Shown in pieces: positions 17,317 through 26,276 of a stretch of 64,000 nt of DNA. The stretch spans positions 2,004-66,003 of the forward strand of contig JAPLLC010000106.1 in NCBI GenBank assembly GCA_026387775.1, given 5' to 3'. Both the position numbers and the translations under genes were made by a program. This stretch comes from Candidatus Methylomirabilota bacterium (GTDB lineage Bacteria; Methylomirabilota; Methylomirabilia; Methylomirabilales; 2-02-FULL-66-22). The notes under the pieces are model-generated. The model had not been told where the DNA came from and did no database searches. It was given only the letters and a program-made list of their open reading frames with translations. Position 1 is the first letter of the stretch. Each line of letters begins with the position of its first letter.

Positions 17317-17817
17317 ATGCTCGACAAGGTCTTTGGGTGTGTGAACCGTGCATTCGAGATCCTCATCTTCGTCCTGTTCTTCCTCATCGTGATCGTGGGG
17401 GGCATGCAGGTCTTCAATCGCTTCGTCCTCAACCAATCCTTGAGCTGGAGCGAGGAGTTCATGGTCTACGCGCACATCTGGATGATCTTTCTGGCCATCC
17501 CGGTGGCTTATAACCGCGGCTCCCACATCGGCATGAACATCTTCGTCAAAGGATTGCCGCCGAGGGGGCAACTGATCCTGGCGCTGGCGGTAGACGGCAT
17601 GTGGGTCGTGCTGGCAGCGGCCATCGTGTTCTACGCGTCCGTGGTCATGGGTGTGGCGATCAACCAGAACAGCCCGGCCCTCGGCCTCCGGATGGATCGG
17701 GCCTACCTGAGCCTCGTGGTCGGAGGGACCTATCTGGGACTCCTGGCCCTGCGGAAAGCGACGGCCTCGGTCTGCCGGCTCCGCTCCGGTGAGATGGCGG
17801 GAGGTGCGACATGCTGA
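17317..17817 (+). CDS. TRAP small permease (DctQ), system 1
   Basis: Four hydrophobic helices. Overlaps the dctM start by 7 nt. Confidence 0.85.
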   Translation: MLDKVFGCVNRAFEILIFVLFFLIVIVGGMQVFNRFVLNQSLSWSEEFMVYAHIWMIFLAIPVAYNRGSHIGMNIFVKGLPPRGQLILALAVDGMWVVLAAAIVFYASVVMGVAINQNSPALGLRMDRAYLSLVVGGTYLGLLALRKATASVCRLRSGEMAGGATC

Positions 17818-19103
17818 TAGGTCTCTTCGTCGCGCTGCTCGTGCTCCTCTTCGGCGGGGCGCCGGTGCTCCTGGCCATCGGCATTGCCGGCCTTCTCGGC
17901 ATGTTTCTGAGCCCGGGGGTGGTCCTGGCGATCTTTCCACAGAAGATGTTTGCCATGCTCGACTCGTTCAGCCTCCTGGCCATGCCCTTCTTTATCTTGG
18001 CGGGAGAGCTGATGTCCCGGGGAGGGATCAGCAACAAGATGGTGGCGTTCTCCGAAACCGTGGTCGGACACTTGCGGGGCGGCCTCGGCCATGCCTCGGT
18101 CGTCGGCAGCATGATCTTCGCAGGCGTATCGGGCTCGTCGGTCGCCGACACCTCGGCCATCGGCTCCATCCTGATTCCAGCCATGAAGGATCGGGGCTAC
18201 CAGCCGGGATTCGCGGCCTCCATCCTGGCTGCCGCCGGAACCATCGGACCGATCATACCACCCAGTATGACCATGATCATCTATGGCTCGATGACCGGGA
18301 CATCCATCGGAGGACTTTTTCTGTCCGGGGTGATCCCGGGAATCATCATCGGGATCTTCCTGATGGCGACCATCTACATTCATTCCTTCTTCCCGCAGTT
18401 CCCCGCCCTCCGGGTCACGACGGGGAAGTTCGACTTCAAGAAGATGGTAAAGGCGTTGGGCCAGGTCTGGTCCGCGCTGCTCGCGCCCATCATCATCCTG
18501 GGGGGGATTCTGAGCGGCGTGTTCACGGCCACCGAGGCTGGCGTGGTGGCCTGCTGGTACGCCTTCATTGTCTCCTTCGTCGTCTACAAATCGCTGAAGC
18601 TCCGCGACCTGCCCAAGATCTTGGTGGACGCGGCCATCGTCACGACCACGGTGGTCGGGATCATCTCGGTCGCCGGGGCCTTCGGCTGGCTGCTGGCCTA
18701 TCTGGACTTCAACGTGATCGTGCTGGCTTTGCTCAAGAGCATCTCCAATGATCGAAACGTGATCCTGCTGGTCCTGCTCGGGGTCATTTTCATCATGGGG
18801 ATGTTCATCGAGTCGCTGGCGGTACTGATCATCTTGATCCCCGTGTGCATGTTCGTCACCAAGGCCTACGGGTTCGATCCGTTCCACTTCGGCCTGTTGA
18901 TGACGATCGCTACCCAGATCGGTGCGGTCACGCCGCCGGTGGCGGTCCTCCTCTTCGTGGCGACGAGCATCGCCGGATGCAAGTACGACGAGACGATCCG
19001 GTACTGCTACCCGTTCGTCGCCGCGCTGGTGGCCGTCATGCTTCTGGTGGCGTTTGTGCCCTGGACCGCGACCTATATCCCCCATCGCTTCCTGGGGCCT
19101 TAG
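17811..19103 (+). CDS. TRAP large permease (DctM), system 1
   Basis: 430 aa polytopic protein. Typical motifs are FILAGELMSRGGIS and IFAGVSGSSVADT. Confidence 0.9.
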   Translation: MLIGLFVALLVLLFGGAPVLLAIGIAGLLGMFLSPGVVLAIFPQKMFAMLDSFSLLAMPFFILAGELMSRGGISNKMVAFSETVVGHLRGGLGHASVVGSMIFAGVSGSSVADTSAIGSILIPAMKDRGYQPGFAASILAAAGTIGPIIPPSMTMIIYGSMTGTSIGGLFLSGVIPGIIIGIFLMATIYIHSFFPQFPALRVTTGKFDFKKMVKALGQVWSALLAPIIILGGILSGVFTATEAGVVACWYAFIVSFVVYKSLKLRDLPKILVDAAIVTTTVVGIISVAGAFGWLLAYLDFNVIVLALLKSISNDRNVILLVLLGVIFIMGMFIESLAVLIILIPVCMFVTKAYGFDPFHFGLLMTIATQIGAVTPPVAVLLFVATSIAGCKYDETIRYCYPFVAALVAVMLLVAFVPWTATYIPHRFLGP

Positions 19104-19207
19104 GAGCCGTTACGAAATAACTTGTCCACTCATTGGAATTTCGTTACGGCTCCTTATGCCGTTCCCGGAATTTCTCCGGTCAAGTTATTCTTTGACAACG
19201 GCTTAGC
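19103..19207 (+). repeat. interspersed repeat family 2, copy 1
   Basis: About 94% identical by eye to the reverse complement of 47027..47129. Internal inverted repeat GGAGCCGTTACGAAAT...ATTTCGTTACGGCTCC. Starts at the TAG stop of dctM. Confidence 0.8.
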
Positions 19208-19268
19208 GGGACGGGTTGCCGGGATAGCGGTCTCCTCCAATCTCCGATCTCAGAGGGAGAGTGTTGAC

Positions 19269-20108
19269 ATGCCAGACCTCATTCGTCAGTACGACAACAA
19301 GAACCAGCCGATCATCACGCCGGCGACGACGATTCTCTCCTCGACCTACTTCAATCTGGTTCGCCTGAAGAAGGGGGAGGAGCATGAGGCCATGATCGAA
19401 GGGTTCGAGACCCTGTACGCGGTCCTGTCCGGCAACGTGGAGATCGAGGTGAATGGCACGCCGTTCAAGGACGTGGGCCGGCGGCAGGATATCTGGTCGG
19501 GCAAGGCGGAATCCGTGTATGCCGGGGCCGGCGCCGTTGTCCGGGTGCGCGCCAATCAGGACGGCACGGAAGTGGCCGTGGCCGGCGGGGTCTGCGACAA
19601 GACGTTTCCCCCGTTCCGGGTGCTGCCCGAAGAGGTCGAGATGGTCGACGTCGGATCCATCGAGACGCGGTCGCACCGGCGGATCTTCCACCTCCTGGGC
19701 CAGAACGGCAACGGGCGGGCCAACAATCTCCTCATCAGCGAGCTGTATTGCGATCATGGCTGCTGGTCCGGATACCCGCCGCACAAGCACGACGAGGACC
19801 AGGGGGATGCGGAGACGGCCCACGAGGAGGTGTATCACTTTCGCTTCCGCCCCGAGACCGGCTTCGGCGCGCAGCTCGCCTTTCAGCCGGACGGTTCCTC
19901 GCGGTGCTTCATGACGCGGAACGGGGACACCTTCCTGCTGGACAAGGGATATCACCCGACGGTCACGTCGCCCGGCCACGAGGAGTACATCTTCACGATC
20001 CTGGTGGGGAAGACCCGGCGCGGCCTGGTCCAGAACTTCAAGGAAGAGCATCGGCATCTGATGCGCGGGATCCCCGGCATCCAGGACATGGTGAACAAGT
20101 TCAAGTAG
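19269..20108 (+). CDS. KduI/IolB-family isomerase (5-deoxy-glucuronate isomerase-like)
   Basis: GYPPHKHDEDQ...EEVYHFRF.PETGFGAQ...GYHPTVTSPGHEEY. The longer ORF from 19122 runs through the repeat, so the ATG at 19269 with a GAGGGAGAG RBS is preferred. Confidence 0.75.
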   Translation: MPDLIRQYDNKNQPIITPATTILSSTYFNLVRLKKGEEHEAMIEGFETLYAVLSGNVEIEVNGTPFKDVGRRQDIWSGKAESVYAGAGAVVRVRANQDGTEVAVAGGVCDKTFPPFRVLPEEVEMVDVGSIETRSHRRIFHLLGQNGNGRANNLLISELYCDHGCWSGYPPHKHDEDQGDAETAHEEVYHFRFRPETGFGAQLAFQPDGSSRCFMTRNGDTFLLDKGYHPTVTSPGHEEYIFTILVGKTRRGLVQNFKEEHRHLMRGIPGIQDMVNKFK

Positions 20109-20170
20109 GCGAGCCGGGATTCTTTGCGGCGCATCCGGCAACAACGCAGCGCCCGGGAGGATAGAAACCG

Positions 20171-20938
20171 ATGGGAAGCGAACTCTTCGAACTTACGGGC
20201 AAGGTTGCACTGATCACCGGCGCAACCCAGGGGATCGGGCTTGCCATCGCGCGCGGGCTGGGGCAAGCCGGGGCCCGGGTCGTCATCAATGCTCGCAACG
20301 CCGAGAAGCTGGAGCGGGCCGTGGCGACACTCGCGCGGGAGGGCTTGACTGTCTCCGGCTGTCGTTTCGATTTGGTCAACGGCGCCGAGGTTCGAGAGCG
20401 GGTCGCGGCGCTGGAGCAGGAAGTCGGCAGGATTGACATCCTGGTGAATAACGCGGGAATTCAGCGGCGCAGCCCCCTGGAGCAGTTTGACGAAAAGGTG
20501 TGGCGCGAGGTGCTGGACATCAACCTCACCGGGCTGTTCCTGGTGACGCAGCAGGTCGTCCAGGGGATGATCGCGCGGAAATCGGGCAAGATCATCAACA
20601 TCTGTTCGCTGATGTGCGAGGCGTCGCGTCCGACCGTGGGGGCCTACACCGCAGCCAAGGGTGGAGTGAAACAGCTCACCAAGTCCATGGCGGTGGAGTG
20701 GGCGAAGCACAACATCCAGTCGAACGGCATCGGCCCAGGGTACATCTTGACTGAAATGAATCGGCCGTTAATCGACGACCAGAAGTTCGACGCCTGGGTG
20801 CGCGCCCGCACCCCGGCCGGCCGTTGGGCGGATCCCACCGAGCTGGTCGGGACGGCCGTGTTCTTGGCCTCTCGGGCCTCCGATTTCGTCAACGGGCAGA
20901 TCATTTACGTGGACGGGGGCATCCTGGCTGCGTTGTGA
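20171..20938 (+). CDS. SDR oxidoreductase (gluconate 5-dehydrogenase / KduD-like)
   Basis: TGATQGIGLAIA, NNAG and YTAAKGG motifs. Confidence 0.8.
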   Translation: MGSELFELTGKVALITGATQGIGLAIARGLGQAGARVVINARNAEKLERAVATLAREGLTVSGCRFDLVNGAEVRERVAALEQEVGRIDILVNNAGIQRRSPLEQFDEKVWREVLDINLTGLFLVTQQVVQGMIARKSGKIINICSLMCEASRPTVGAYTAAKGGVKQLTKSMAVEWAKHNIQSNGIGPGYILTEMNRPLIDDQKFDAWVRARTPAGRWADPTELVGTAVFLASRASDFVNGQIIYVDGGILAAL

Positions 20939-21022
20939 TGGTGCCCGCTGGATTCTCGTGTCTGGAGTTGACGGTAGATGGCCAACGGCCGGCGGATCGC
21001 GGCCGTTACGCTGGGAGCTGCC

Positions 21023-22054
21023 ATGGACCGACTGCGCGTTCTCGTCCTGGGGCTGGGTTTCTTCGGAAAGCACTGGCTCAAAGAAATCGCGTCCTGCTCG
21101 GAGTGCGAGGTGGCGGGGGTCGTCGCCAAGCACCCGGACCTCCTCGCCTGGGCGGGAGAGGAGTTCAAGATCCCGGCGTCGAGGCGCTTCACCACGATCG
21201 CGGAAGGGCTGGAACGTGCGAGGGCCCACGCGGTGGTCGTCGCCCTGCCGGAGATGCTCCACAAGGAAGCGATCCTGGCCGCGCTCGGCCGGGGGCTGCA
21301 CGTGCTCACCGAGAAGCCCCTGGTCATGACCATGACAGAGGCGAGAGAGGTTGTCCGCGCCGCCCGGGGGGCGGAGGGGTCCACCCTGATGGTGGATCAG
21401 AATTACCGCTGGCGGCCGCAGACCCAAACGCTGCGCAAGGCGCTGCGCGACGGGCGGGTCGGGACGATCGCCTCGATCGGCTACGAGTTCCGGCAAGCCA
21501 TCACGCGGATGACCACGGATGGGTGGCGGGAGAAGATGGCGCATCCCTTCCTCCACGACATGGCCCCGCACCACATCGACCTGATGCGCGCCTGCACCGG
21601 TCTGGAGTGCCGGCAGGTCATGGCGGTCGGCGTCCGCCCCCCCTGGAGCTGGTACCAGGGCCTGCCCGGCGTGGATGTGATCCTCTCCTTCGAACAGGGG
21701 GTGAGCGTGGCCTACACCGGGACGATGGTGGGGCGCGGCCTCGGCACCCCGCAGGACGGGATCATCACGGTGATGGGAGAACAGGGGATGCTCAGGCTGG
21801 AGGCCGATTCGCAGGTACGCTGGTACGACGACAAGGGGGCGTCCGAGGTGATTCCTCCCGTCCCGTTGTCGTTCACCGACCAGGCCTATGCCCTGCGGGA
21901 ATTCCTGGCGGCCATCCGTGAGGGGCGGAAGCCGGAGACGCACCTGGAAGACAACGTCCGGACGCTGGCCATCGTCGAGGCGGCGATTATCTCGGTGGAA
22001 ACCGGGATGTCGGTCGCGGTCGCCCCGCTGGTGGCGGAGGTGCTCAAGGCCTAG
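21023..22054 (+). CDS. Gfo/Idh/MocA-family oxidoreductase
   Basis: LRVLVLGLGFFGKHW Rossmann N-terminus and EKPL motif. An alternative start is at 20978. Confidence 0.8.
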   Translation: MDRLRVLVLGLGFFGKHWLKEIASCSECEVAGVVAKHPDLLAWAGEEFKIPASRRFTTIAEGLERARAHAVVVALPEMLHKEAILAALGRGLHVLTEKPLVMTMTEAREVVRAARGAEGSTLMVDQNYRWRPQTQTLRKALRDGRVGTIASIGYEFRQAITRMTTDGWREKMAHPFLHDMAPHHIDLMRACTGLECRQVMAVGVRPPWSWYQGLPGVDVILSFEQGVSVAYTGTMVGRGLGTPQDGIITVMGEQGMLRLEADSQVRWYDDKGASEVIPPVPLSFTDQAYALREFLAAIREGRKPETHLEDNVRTLAIVEAAIISVETGMSVAVAPLVAEVLKA

Positions 22055-22178
22055 CAGGCTGCTGAAAAAGGCTCATCTGCTGCGTTGGCTTGCTTAGGCA
22101 CTCGTTGCGGCGTACCCCAGTACGCCTCACTCGGCCTGGCGCGCGCCGCCTTGCATCTGGACCTTTTTGAGCAGCCTG
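22055..22178 (+). repeat. interspersed repeat family 1, copy B (shortest)
   Basis: Begins the nucleotide after the TAG stop at 22052..22054. Has the same termini as copy A. Confidence 0.75.
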
Positions 22179-22243
22179 CCGATAAGTGAGTATTTCAGCA
22201 TCCTGCTAGTCGGTTTTCCATCTTGCATTGAAAAGGGGTTGCC

Positions 22244-23017
22244 ATGGATCTCGGGTTGAAGGAGCGGGTCGCCATCGTGACCGGCGGCAGCAAGGGGCTT
22301 GGCCGCGCAGAAGCCGAGGCGCTGGCGGCGGAAGGGGCGGCGGTGGTCGTGGCCACGGCCAAGAGCGTGGCCGAGGCGGAGCAAGTCGTCCGGGGGCTGC
22401 TGGATAAGGGATCTCGGGCCATCGCGGTGCAGGCGGATGTCACGCAGGCGGCGGACGTGCAGCGACTGGTGGACACCGCGCTGAAGACTTTTGGACGTCT
22501 GGACATCCTGGTGAACAACGCGGGAACGACGGGGCCGCAGTACAACAAGCCCCTGGTGGACATGCCGGAGGAGCTCTGGGACTTCATGCTGGGAAACCAC
22601 CTGAAGAGCGCCTTTCTGTGCATCAAGTACGCGGCCCCGCACATGGTCAAGCAGGGCTGGGGCCGGATCATCAACACGTCCTCCATCCACGGACGGGTCG
22701 GCGGGCGCGCCAGTCTGGGGCACTACGGCGCGGCCAAGGCCGGGGTGGTCGCCCTCACCATGACCGCGGCGCGGGAGCTGGGACCGAAGGGGATCACGGC
22801 AAACGTCATCTCACCGGGATTCATCGGGACGGACACCCTGCGCGGGATCTTGCCCGCCGCGACCATGGAAAAGCTCAAGCAACAGATTCCCCTGGGCCGG
22901 ATCGGGGAGCCGCCCGAGGTTGGGCGCGTGGTGGCGTTCCTCGCCTCCGAAGCTGCCTCGTATGTGAACGGCGCGATCCTGGACATCACGGGCGGACGGC
23001 TGGAGTTCTTCCTATAG
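22244..23017 (+). CDS. SDR oxidoreductase (FabG-like)
   Basis: TGGSKGLGRA, NNAG and YGAAKAG motifs. Confidence 0.85.
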   Translation: MDLGLKERVAIVTGGSKGLGRAEAEALAAEGAAVVVATAKSVAEAEQVVRGLLDKGSRAIAVQADVTQAADVQRLVDTALKTFGRLDILVNNAGTTGPQYNKPLVDMPEELWDFMLGNHLKSAFLCIKYAAPHMVKQGWGRIINTSSIHGRVGGRASLGHYGAAKAGVVALTMTAARELGPKGITANVISPGFIGTDTLRGILPAATMEKLKQQIPLGRIGEPPEVGRVVAFLASEAASYVNGAILDITGGRLEFFL

Positions 23018-23065
23018 GTCTCATATGACCTATCGGACCTATGGGACTCAGAACGGAGCAAGAGC

Positions 23066-24631
23066 GTGAGCGGAAAAGTCATCGGCGCGCGAGCGGCAAT
23101 CGACCTTATCAAATCGGGGGACACGCTAGCCATCCATGGGGCCGGCGGTGGAAACGTGGAGCCGGACCTCCTCATCAAGACGCTGACGGAGAAGTTCGCG
23201 GAGACTGGTCAGCCCCGCGATCTGACGGTGTTTCACGTCTCGGGGATCGGGGACTGGAAGGAGAGCGGTCTGAACCAGCTCACCGGCGACGGGCTGGTCA
23301 AGCGGGACATCGGCGGCCATTACGGGATGTCGCCCAAGTACGCCCAACTCATCCTGGACAACAAGATCGAGGCCTACTGCTGGCCACAGGGGGTCATGTC
23401 CCAGTGGCTGCGGGAGGTGGCCGCTCATCGGCCGGGCCTGGTCACGCATATCGGGCTCAAGACCTTCATCGATCCCCGGCTGGAGGGGGGCAAGCTCAAT
23501 GCCTGCACCACCAAGGAGTTGATCGAGGTGGTGACGCTGGCGGGCCGCGAGTGGCTCTTCTATCGGGCATTCCCCTTGAACGTCTGTTTCGTGCGAGGCA
23601 CCACCGCCGACGAGAAGGGCAATATCACCATGGAGCAGGAGCCGGCCTACCTGGAGGTTCTGCCCATGGCCATGGCCACCCGGAACTCGGGCGGGATCGT
23701 GATCTGTCAGGTGAAACGCCTGGCCCAGGCCGGGACGTTGCACCCGAAGCAGGTGAAGATCCCGCACACGATGGTGGATCACATCGTCGTCCACCCAGAA
23801 CAGCGGCAGAGCGTGGTGAGCGATTACAACCCGGCCTTCAGCGGCGAGGTCAGAGTGCCGGTGGGGTCCATCGCGCCCATGAAGCTGGATGAGCGAAAGG
23901 TGATCGCGCGCCGGGCGGCGCTGGAGATCGCGGATTTGCCTCGCGCCGTCCTGAACATGGGCGTCGGGATGCCGGACGGCGTGGCGCTGGTCGCGGCCGA
24001 GGAGGGAATCTCGGATCGGATCACCGCCACGATCGAGCAAGGGATCACCGGCGGCATCCCGGCGCCGGGCGTGATCTTCGGCATGTCCTCGAACCCCGAC
24101 GCGATCATTGACCAGGGGTATCAGTTCGACTTCTACGACGGAGGAGGCCTGGACTTCACGTTCCTCGGGATGGCAGAGGCGGACCAGCGCGGCAACGTGA
24201 ACGTCAGCAAGTTCCAGGGCCGAATGCCGGGCGTGGGCGGGTTCGTCAACATCTCCCAGGGCGCCAAAGCGGTCGTGTTCTGCGGAACGTTCACGGCCGG
24301 CGGGCTGGAGGTGAAGGTCGGGGGCGGTCGCCTGCAGATCATGAAGGAAGGCCGGTTCAAGAAGTTCGTCCCCCGGGTCGAGCAGATCACGTTCAGCGGT
24401 GAGCTGGCGGCGGAGTTGGGGCAACGGGTGCAGTTCATCACCGAGCGCGCGGTTCTCGTGATCACGAAAGGGGGCTTGATGATCACAGAGATTGCGCCGG
24501 GCGTGGATCTGGAGAAGGATGTCCTGGCCCAGATGGCATTTCACCCCAAGGTGGCTCCGGATCTCAAGACGATGGACGCACGGATCTTCGTGGAAGGCCT
24601 GATGGGGCTGAAAGGCGAAGCGAGGAGGTGA
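23066..24631 (+). CDS. acyl-CoA:acetate/3-ketoacid CoA-transferase (fused alpha-beta, YdiF-like)
   Basis: 521 aa, GTG start. Sequence is typical of family I CoA-transferase fusions (..GGFVNISQ..). Confidence 0.75.
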   Translation: MSGKVIGARAAIDLIKSGDTLAIHGAGGGNVEPDLLIKTLTEKFAETGQPRDLTVFHVSGIGDWKESGLNQLTGDGLVKRDIGGHYGMSPKYAQLILDNKIEAYCWPQGVMSQWLREVAAHRPGLVTHIGLKTFIDPRLEGGKLNACTTKELIEVVTLAGREWLFYRAFPLNVCFVRGTTADEKGNITMEQEPAYLEVLPMAMATRNSGGIVICQVKRLAQAGTLHPKQVKIPHTMVDHIVVHPEQRQSVVSDYNPAFSGEVRVPVGSIAPMKLDERKVIARRAALEIADLPRAVLNMGVGMPDGVALVAAEEGISDRITATIEQGITGGIPAPGVIFGMSSNPDAIIDQGYQFDFYDGGGLDFTFLGMAEADQRGNVNVSKFQGRMPGVGGFVNISQGAKAVVFCGTFTAGGLEVKVGGGRLQIMKEGRFKKFVPRVEQITFSGELAAELGQRVQFITERAVLVITKGGLMITEIAPGVDLEKDVLAQMAFHPKVAPDLKTMDARIFVEGLMGLKGEARR

Positions 24632-24712
24632 CCGGCGAAGAAAGAGTCCTGGTACGCTGCGTGCTGACGTATTGTCCGGCGACAACCGAGCGGTTCAAGA
24701 GGGGAGAGGGAC

Positions 24713-25723
24713 ATGCGCAAGGGAACATCGATCATCGTTGCTCTGCTGGTCGTCCTGGGATTGCTGGGGAGCGCCCACGCCGGAACCCTCTTGATGAAGG
24801 GCGCCCACTATTTCGATGATGATCACGCCTGGAACAAGGGCATGCTGAAGTTCCGGGACGTGATCAAGGCCAAGACCAACGACGCGCTCAGCCTGGAGAT
24901 TTATAACCGCGGCGTGCTGGGCTCGGAGAAGGACTACATCCAGAACATGATGCAGGGCGCCCTGGATGTAGCCACCTCGTCCACGGCCTCGGCCGGAGGA
25001 TTCGCCCGCGAGCTCACGTTCCTCGATCTTCTGTTTATCTGGAAGGACCAGCCCCACTGGCTTCGCGCCATGGATGGGGAGATCGGCCGCAAGATCGCCG
25101 AGGTCATCGAGAAGGGCACGGCCAAAGGCGGGAACCCCGGCCTGAAGATCCTGGGATACTGGGGCGGCAGCCAGCGCCACATCCTCAGCCGGAAGGCGAA
25201 CTACACCACGGTCGCCGAGTTGGCCGGCTTCAAGATCCGCGTCCAGGATAGCCCGACCCAGATCGAGATCTTCAAACTGCTGGGGGCCATCCCCGCGGTC
25301 GTGCCGTACCAGGAGACCTACAGCGCCATCCAGACGGGGGTGGTGGACGGCATGGAGAACGAGATGTCCACCTCGTTCCAGTCGAAGTTCTACGAGGTAG
25401 CCCCCTATTACTCGGAGACGGGGCACGTCATCACGGTGCGCCCCTTCTTCATGAGCGGCCAGACCTGGAAGAAGCTTACACCGGACCAGCAGAAGATCGT
25501 GCTCGAGGCGGCCAAGGAGGCGACGACGGTGGCCCGGTCGATCGAGTGGAAGCAGAACGACGAGGCCGTGGAGCAGATGAAGAATAAATTCGGGGTGAAG
25601 TTCGCCGCCTTCAAGGAAAAGCAGAAGATGATGGACATCACCCTCCCGGTCCGCCAGCGTGTGGCCAAGGAGGTTGGGATCAGCGAGATCTTCGAGATGA
25701 TCGAGCGCGAGGGGAAGAAGTAG
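24713..25723 (+). CDS. TRAP substrate-binding protein (DctP family), system 2
   Basis: Signal peptide MRKGTSIIVALLVVLGLLGSAHA. Followed by Q and M genes. Confidence 0.9.
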   Translation: MRKGTSIIVALLVVLGLLGSAHAGTLLMKGAHYFDDDHAWNKGMLKFRDVIKAKTNDALSLEIYNRGVLGSEKDYIQNMMQGALDVATSSTASAGGFARELTFLDLLFIWKDQPHWLRAMDGEIGRKIAEVIEKGTAKGGNPGLKILGYWGGSQRHILSRKANYTTVAELAGFKIRVQDSPTQIEIFKLLGAIPAVVPYQETYSAIQTGVVDGMENEMSTSFQSKFYEVAPYYSETGHVITVRPFFMSGQTWKKLTPDQQKIVLEAAKEATTVARSIEWKQNDEAVEQMKNKFGVKFAAFKEKQKMMDITLPVRQRVAKEVGISEIFEMIEREGKK

Positions 25724-25793
25724 CCATCGGACAACCCCGGCGACGGGAGCGCGTGCCAGGCGCGATCCCGTCGCTGTCTTTCAAGGGCGGCGC

Positions 25794-26276
25794 ATGAAAC
25801 GACTCGTGGAGCGGTTGGAGCGGATACAGACCTGGATCACCTTCGGATTCGTGGCGATCCTCGCGGTCTCCGTGTCGCTCCAGGTCTTCGTGCGGTACGT
25901 GCTGCAGAAACCTCTGTTCTTGTGGACCGAGGAACTGGCACGATTTATCCTGGTGTGGATGGTTTTCCTGGGGATCGGGGTGGGCGTGAAGAACGACGCC
26001 CACTTTGCCATGGACGTCCTCCCACCGCTCCTAGGAAAACGGTGGGGGGCGCTGCTCCGCATCTTCAACGATCTCTGCATGGGGTTGATCCTGATTCTGT
26101 TGATGCTGGCAGGTCTGCGATTCTCTTATTTCGGCCTGTTCCAGAACAGTCCGAACATGGAGATCCTGATGGCATGGGTCTTCGTCTCGATTCCCATCGG
26201 AGGGGTCCTGGCACTGGTCTACCTGTGCGAGCGGATTCAACAACGGTGGAGTGATTTCCGGGGGGTCGCCCAATGA
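25794..26276 (+). CDS. TRAP small permease (DctQ), system 2
   Basis: 160 aa with four TM helices. 4-nt overlap with dctM. Confidence 0.85.
   Translation: MKRLVERLERIQTWITFGFVAILAVSVSLQVFVRYVLQKPLFLWTEELARFILVWMVFLGIGVGVKNDAHFAMDVLPPLLGKRWGALLRIFNDLCMGLILILLMLAGLRFSYFGLFQNSPNMEILMAWVFVSIPIGGVLALVYLCERIQQRWSDFRGVAQ

Noticed and set aside
19122-19268. N-terminal extension of the IolB-like ORF, and ORF 46992..47270, which share the peptide PVKLFFDNGLA.
   Set aside because: The shared peptide is simply a translation of repeat family 2 in one frame. An internal ATG with a good RBS gives a normal-length IolB-like protein.
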